Positions 57,090 through 64,000 of a stretch of 64,000 nt of DNA are shown here, in pieces. The notes under the pieces were generated by a model. The model saw only the letters and a list, made by a program, of their open reading frames with translations. It ran no database searches and was not told where the DNA came from. Position numbers and translations under genes: made by a program. Positions within the stretch are counted from its first letter, which is position 1. The number at the start of each line of letters is the position of its first letter. This DNA is from Eledone cirrhosa (taxonomy: Eukaryota): assembly GCA_964016885.1 (NCBI GenBank), contig OZ024751.1, positions 47,368,001 to 47,432,000 on the forward strand, given 5' to 3'.

Positions 57090-57666
57090 CATATACAACC
57101 ACAAATACACACACATCTATGTATATAAGTGTATCGTTTTATGTATGTGTTTGTACGCTCGTATGCTTTTTTGTTATTCATATTTTTTCATAAAGATGTA
57201 GCTACTTTCTAACAAAGAAGTAAAACTTTATCGCATATATTTCGATAACAAAGGTGAAGAGATAGATGTCAAGCTTTAGAAAGGTTTTGCATATCTTTAC
57301 TATTCCGTTTATAGATAGTATTTCCAAATTGCCAATGTGTTGGTCTCTTTTTACTTTGGTCTGAAAGCCTCAGTTATTTAGAGATTACCAATACGACAGT
57401 TAGAAATATAGCCAAGTGTACCCCCAATAATTATAGGCATAAATGTGAATTCGTATTATGAATATAGAATTTACTACTGGTTGTAAAAAAATACATAATC
57501 TTTTTCTCATTGATTTTGGAAGATATTTGTCCATATATGCCAGGCTGTTGTTTTTGCAAATGCATGATATATTACAGCTATATGCCACTAATATAACAAA
57601 GAAAATATGTAAAAATATTTCCGCTTCACCCGAAATCATAAAAATATATATATGGAAATATATAGT

Positions 57667-57925
57667 GAAGGCGCATGGCCTAGTTGAATTCGATTCCTGG
57701 ACCGGGATGTGTGTTGTGTTCTTGGGTAAAACACTTCATTTCATGTTGCTCCAGTATATACAACTGAAAAAGAAGTACCAGCAATAGCCGGGGTTTTAAC
57801 TGTGTGACGGACTAGCATCCTGTCCAGGGGGAAGTCTTGTACTCTCAGTCACTTAACGTTACAGAAACCTAGATATGTACAGACCTGATGAACCTCCAAG
57901 CTCGAGACAGATTTTCGACTTCTTT
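57667..57925 (+). mobile_element. tRNA-derived SINE with a conserved central-domain-like body
   Basis: GGCGCATGGCCTAG..TTCGATTCC head; GTGACGGACTAGCATCCTGTCCAGGGGG resembles widespread metazoan SINE central domains. Confidence 0.7.
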
Positions 57926-59483
57926 TTAAACATAAAAAAACATTAATGTCCATATATACATCAACATCCAAGCTTGTACTCATTCAGACATTTGTAGAGG
58001 CATACACATAAATGTAAATTTAAATTTCTCTGTCTCATAAGGGATTGTTGACATCAATTTATATTCACCATGGATCAGAACTCTCTGTTTTTAAGTTCAC
58101 CGGAACGAATTCGGGAAAGTATTGGTTAGTTGAAATAAGATTTTCTTTCTTTTGTTTAAGGTATCTCCCATCCCGTTCCTACTACCTAAAAACCACTAGG
58201 AGGAATTTTATATATAACATTGATGTGGGGAAAAAATAAAACGAAAAAACAACGTTAACGAAGTAATTTTTCCACTGATCATAAAATATTTCTAAAATGG
58301 CTCCAAATTGCAGCAGCTATGCAGCAAAAGCGTCATTACTTTACATTACTCAATCAGTGAATTATTTGCATGACAAGAAATAACATAAATGTGAGCTATA
58401 GTTGTATCTAGAATACGTCAATTATCATTAACAGAGATAATATAAAATTTATTGTAAACAGACGAAGAGCAAAAGGAATCGACATGCTTTTGCTGAAACA
58501 CCGAACTTTGCATTCGAAAATGCAAATACCTAGAAAATGGAGGACATGATCGCTATTTTTCAATGTAACATTCTGCAATATACTCTGAATTCTCATTTGT
58601 TTAATGCACTTACGTAATCATCCTATATTATCCGCGCTTTACACAACAGTTAGCATACTATAAGGTCATTTGCATTTTTTTTCCACAAAAACTTCTTCAT
58701 AGATGTTAAAATTGTCATCAATTTCTCTCTTAAAAATGCTTTGCTAAGCTATATCACATAATTCGGTACGTTGATATCGAAAATTTTTTTTACAAAAGTC
58801 CAGTTGCTGAAATTCACCATGAGATAGTTACACTAGGTGTATCACATTGCTGTTTCTTTTGACAACAATTTCGTCTACCTCTCTTTCTATCATTTCATCA
58901 TACAGACAACTTGCATATATTTGGAGACAAGGCTTACAAAAATCTACAGATAATAGATTTCATTTTTTTTGTCAAGGTTAAAAAATTTTATAAGACGTTT
59001 CTTTCATCGTCAGCCTTTCACAACAAATATTTTCTTTTCTTTTTATTTCGCTTCGTTAATCACATATTCTTTCCTTATCTCACACCTAAGCAATGACTTC
59101 TATTTTAGCTAGAAGTTTTTTTTTATAGCGTCTGTTAAGATGTCATGTATTTTGTGAAAAACTATTTTCACAGACAATGCTCTACATTTCCCCTGAAGAG
59201 CTCGCTATAAATAAGAGCTGACTTTTCTATTGTTTATTGAATTCACGTTTACTATAACTTGCTTTTCTTCTACAATCTGAGGAGTAAATTAAAACCAAAG
59301 CTTAATTTCCGTACCCCTTTCTCATCCCTCCCCCAGAAAAAAATCCACAAACCATCAAATATTCACAACGTAGAGTCAACAGTAAACTAAGTGACAAAAA
59401 TATGCGACAGACTATCAGCAGCTTCTGTTTAACGTGGGTTAAACTAATAAGGATGGGTACACAACGCGTTATTTCTAATAAAG

Positions 59484-59785
59484 GTTTCTGATTTAGGCAC
59501 AAGGTCAACAATTTGAAGGAAGAGAAAAGTCGATTAAATCGACCCCAGTGCATTACTGGTGCTTTATTTTATCGACCAAGTGAGAATGAAAGGGAAAGCT
59601 AACCTGGGTGGGATTTGAACTCAGAACGTAAAGAGCCGTAACTAAATGCAGCAAAGCATTTTCTTTCATTTCTCGGCCTTTTGGCTAAGATCAAAGTGTG
59701 ATTTGAATTCGGAGAGGGGAGAGCCGAAACTAATACCGCAGAAGATTCTATCCGACCTTCTAACAACGCTGCCAATTCGCCGCCT
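59484..59785 (-). mobile_element. Two diverged family 1 SINE pieces flanking a U2 fragment
   Basis: 59484-59662 and 59700-59785. Confidence 0.75.
59665..59699 (+). pseudogene. U2: U2 snRNA 5'-end fragment
   Basis: TTCTCGGCCTTTTGGCTAAGATCAAAGTGT matches the conserved first ~35 nt of metazoan U2 and stops within the branch-point recognition sequence. Confidence 0.85.
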
Positions 59786-59829
59786 TAAATATCATCTAAA
59801 GAAAAACAAAATTATACTAAATTTTCGAA

Positions 59830-60080
59830 TTATTTTCGAAATATTTTCGTAATATTTTTGGAATATTTTTGGAATATTTTTGAAATGTTTTTGAAATGTT
59901 TTTGGAATATTTTTGGAATATTTTTGGAATATTTTTGGAATATTTTTGAAATATTTTTGGAATATTTTTTTGGAATATTTTTGGAATATTTTTGAAATAT
60001 TTTTGGAATATTTTTGGAATATTTTTGAAATATTTTTGGAATATTTTTGAAATGTTTTTGGAATATTTTTGGAATATTTA
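59830..60080. repeat. 11-bp (GGAATATTTTT)n minisatellite
   Basis: About 20 units, direct reading. Confidence 0.9.
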
Positions 60081-60350
60081 AAAAATATTTTCACATATTA
60101 TCCCATTTTTCAAACAATTTAATTTCCTTTCTATTAATTGGATGTCCATTCCGCTACTTTAACAAAATTTATTTATACACCAATTTAATTTCTAAAACAG
60201 ATCAACATTTTAAAACAATGATAATGAGGAGGATGAGGGGGAGGACGACGATAATGATGATGATGAGGAGGAGGAGGTGGAAGAGGAGGAGGAGGAGGAG
60301 GGGGTTCACATTGACAACTATAAAATAATAATTGTTAAGCATTATTATTA

Positions 60351-60543
60351 TGGATTGGCAGTATCGGTAGAGGGTCGGACGCCATGCTTTGCAGCATAGA
60401 GTTACGTCCCTTGCCATTCTGAGTTCAAATCCCGCCGAGGTTAACTTTGCCTTTCATCCTTACGGGGGTCGATAAAATAAAGTACCAGTAATACACTGGT
60501 ATAATTGCTGGTCTTGTGCCAAAAGTAGAAACAATTATTATTA
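60351..60543 (+). mobile_element. SINE family 1
   Basis: Consensus match with an (ATT)n tail. Confidence 0.9.
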
Positions 60544-60782
60544 TATCTTCTTTTTTTTCTTCATCTTCTTCTTCGTCATCTTCTTCTTCTTCTTCTTCTT
60601 CTTCTTCTTCTTCTTCTTCTCCTTCTCCTCCTCCACCCCCTCCCCCTACTCCGGTGCTACAAAGACTTGTGAGTCATTTAAGTAGCCTCCATAATGCAGT
60701 TATGCAAAATAAATCATTATTGTATTATATTTAATTTAAAACACTAGTTTTTCTTTTGGTTATTTATTTTCTTTTTTCTGTT

Positions 60783-60863
<81 letters not shown>

Positions 60864-60934
60864 GTGTGTGTATGTATATATATATATATATATATATGTA
60901 TATGTATATATGTATATATATATATGTATATGTA

Positions 60935-60992
<58 letters not shown>

Positions 60993-61004
60993 TGTATATA
61001 TATG

Positions 61005-61035
<31 letters not shown>

Positions 61036-61116
61036 GTATATATATATATATGTATATATATGTATATATATATATATGTATATATATGTATATATATATA
61101 TATATGTATATATATG

Positions 61117-61150
<34 letters not shown>

Positions 61151-61162
61151 TGTATATATATG

Positions 61163-61421
<259 letters not shown>

Positions 61422-61564
61422 ATATTAGGTATAGGATTATCCAAGATGTAGTAATGGTTAATTACTACACTGGATATGGTTGACGTACGGTGAGAGGTTA
61501 CTCTACGAGTTATGGAAGAATTGTTGAAGAAACTTAGTTGCTGATCCTTCTGTATTCCGGAGTG

Positions 61565-61826
61565 TATATAAAGAATGAATAATAACAGGTAGACATCATA
61601 AAAAGGTAATTTATTCCGTGTGCTTACAAGTGTTTCCACGGTGGTACTACAGCCTAGTTATGCTATGTGCAAATTTACAAGTATTTGCAGAACTCAAATA
61701 TCCAATGCTGTGACCACTGTATCCTCAGAGCAGCATTGGATATTTGAGTTCTGCAAATACTTGTAAAGCACACGGAATAAATTACCTTTTTATGATGTCT
61801 ACCTGTTATTATTCATTCTTTATATA
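61565..61826. repeat. Nested inverted repeat
   Basis: 61565-61624 pairs with 61767-61826; 61675-61710 pairs with 61731-61766. Confidence 0.85.
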
Positions 61827-61931
61827 TATATATATATGCAAAAGTTCTATTTAAAATTGTTGGGATACAAGAAGTAAATATTTTTATAACTGATATAAAG
61901 CACTCGATAAGTGTAAAACTGTTATATATTG

Positions 61932-61996
61932 TATTTTGTCTGATGAAGGCATACCATAATTTAATTTGGAATCCCTGAAATATGTATAATGAAATA
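61932..61996 (+). ncRNA. Hammerhead ribozyme, family A
   Basis: UAUUUUGU-CUGAUGA-AGG...CCU-GAAA uaugua UA-AUGAAAUA, preceded by the family A tail in inverted orientation (61840-61912). Confidence 0.75.
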
Positions 61997-62056
61997 AATA
62001 TGGTTTTATAAATATAGTTTCCATTTATTAATATCGTATATATATATATATGTATG

Positions 62057-62140
<84 letters not shown>

Positions 62141-62305
62141 CATATATATGATATTATTTCGTTTTGGGGTTTTGGCTACACTCTTCATTTTTCATGTTGA
62201 TCTTAAACGTAGCGAATCGATCGGAGCTTGCATTTAATTATCAAATGTTTGACTTTCATGTAATCTACAGCGTGTGCGCATGTGCGAGTGATTTTTATAT
62301 TGTTT

Positions 62306-62341
<36 letters not shown>

Positions 62342-62726
62342 TTTACTTCTTTCTTTTTACTTCTTTCTTTTTACTTCTTTCTTTTTACTTCTTTCTTTCT
62401 TCGTCCCCTCTCCATCGGATGTAGTGTTGCTTGGTAACTTTTTAATTGTACTCAATCACTGTGATTAAATGTATTTCCCTTCATCTGTCCCTTAATTCTT
62501 CCCCTCTCCTCAGGGGCGTGGGAATTCTGCAGGATGTATCACATCTCGTCATCCATCTCTGTTGCAAGCCAAGGCTTGGGTTGTTTGAGAAGTTTTTTTT
62601 TGCTGGTCTATCCTATATTTTCTTCGGATGTCTTTGCCTTCTTTTTTTTTTACCTGAACTGTTCCTTGGGGAGCGGTCTTCGTCAATAAATAAACAACAA
62701 CAACAACAACAACGACAACGACAACG

Positions 62727-62776
<50 letters not shown>

Positions 62777-62788
62777 AATGATGATAGT

Positions 62789-62970
62789 AATAATTGTTTT
62801 TACTTTTGGCACAAAGCCAGCAATTACCCAGTGTATTACTGGTGCTTTATTTTATCGACCCCGTAAGGATGAAAGGCAAAGTTAACCTCGGCAGGATTTG
62901 AACTCAGGCCGTAAAGGGACGTAACTATGCTGGAAAGCATGGTGTCCAACCCTCTACCCATACTGCCAAT
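62789..62970 (-). mobile_element. SINE family 1
   Basis: Consensus match. Confidence 0.9.
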
Positions 62971-62974
62971 AATA

Positions 62975-63170
62975 ATATTGGTCCAGTCCTCTTTTTTGGA
63001 ACACTTCAAAAGGCATGCTTGCTGGGACCAGCAAGAACTCTCCGATACGTCCTGAATATCTAAGGCTGCAGGTAGAAGCTTGATGTTCATTTGAACAAAT
63101 TTTCCAGTTAAATAACATCAATGACTGAGACTCAAAGAATAATAATAATAATAATAGTAATAATAATAAT
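62975..63170 (+). mobile_element. 3' end of an R4/Dong-like RLE LINE
   Basis: LQKACLLGPARTLRYVLNI* is the typical R4/Dong ORF terminus; a short 3'UTR ends in (AAT)n. Confidence 0.7.
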
Positions 63171-63199
63171 TATAAATATTGATTTTTAATTTGATTTGA

Positions 63200-63500
63200 A
63201 TAAAATTAATTATTTTCATACTGTTTTAGTCGTCCTCATACTGGATTTTCCAGATAATTATTGCTGATCCAATTAAACACATTTTTGCACAGCTTCAATA
63301 ACCTAATTAAAGTGTAGCCTTGCAAAATTTACTTTGAAATTCTTTGTCATGGTTCCAAAGACTTCAATGACAATTGGCAATATCAGGGACTTATCAACTT
63401 CGTTTTTACAGCACTTGAAAATATTTCATATTTCAAGGCATGTTCTACTTGGCATAATGTTCTACGTTTTCTTTCTTTTTTCTTTCCTTCTCTATGAAAT
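63200..63500 (-). pseudogene. Second, more decayed R4/Dong-like fragment
   Basis: Minus-strand translation ILPIVIEVFGTMTK resembles the RLE-domain PIVIGALG motif. Confidence 0.4.
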
Positions 63501-63625
63501 CGAGATGGAGTGGCTGTTCCAGCACGTCTCCTTTGCCGTCCTCCAAGGAAATTTTCTTTTCCATCCTGTTGGCTGGGATTATGAATCGGACTGACCTTTA
63601 AGTCTCATTTCTGGTGATGGCATGT

Positions 63626-63880
63626 CAGGGGTAGTGGAAACATTTCTGAATTGGTGGTGGTGGTGGTGGTGGTGGGGCGGTGCAAATTTGTCAATTTAGT
63701 TGTAGTGATTAGTTTAGCTGTTATCAATCACGATATTGAAAAAAAACTTCGATATTCGATAAACATAACATATACATAAATTGTAGAGCATATACAAATA
63801 GATGTATGTTTTGGTAGCTTGGAGTGAAAATATATAATTATTGGGGGGAGACATGCCCCCCCCCCGTTCCACCGCCCCTA
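63626..63880. mobile_element. MITE (same family as 53282)
   Basis: CAGGGGTAGTGGAA...TTCCACCGCCCCT termini; shared interior. Confidence 0.7.
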
Positions 63881-64000
63881 TATGTGGATTAGATTTACTT
63901 CCATAATCATGATTAGCAAAGTAAGTGAAAACTTTTAATAGTAACTCTCTTTCCTTTCCTCACTATACATACACAAACACTGTCTCGATTTAGTTTTCAT

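Noticed and set aside
57885-57912. CTGATGA...CGAGAC at the end of a SINE
   Set aside because: Better explained as the SINE 3' tail stem-loop; the core is incomplete.
59193-59225. CTGAAGA-GCTC...GAGC hammerhead-like start
   Set aside because: GAAA is absent and there is no stem I or stem III.

Overview
AT-rich eukaryotic intergenic or intronic DNA saturated with (TA)n, (CA)n, (CT)n and (TATG)n microsatellites. The SINE repertoire resembles octopus (coleoid cephalopod) repeats; this is recognition from memory, not a database search. Nearly all [12 protein letters not shown] ORFs are microsatellite artefacts. The real coding content is retroelement-derived: a near full-length decayed L1/Tx1 LINE (about 18283-23757, minus) with a 5'-truncated sibling and two small fragments; a Penelope-like element (Naiad-type RT with YRDD, plus GIY-YIG) in a 3.8-kb inverted configuration (10305-14165); RTE and R4/Dong fragments; and two bipartite RTE deletion derivatives. 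There are also more than 20 tRNA-derived SINEs and several MITEs. The most striking unannotated signal is about 15 hammerhead ribozyme (HHR) motifs from at least five sequence families. Most sit back-to-back in 0.2-0.5 kb fold-back palindromes embedded in (TA)n tracts, and one is a complete type I HHR with a compensatory U3-A8 core. Other notable items: a 12-copy tandem array built from a SINE tRNA head (13 B boxes), a U2 snRNA 5' fragment, and a tentative three-exon minus-strand host gene whose phase-consistent frame contains one in-frame TGA.
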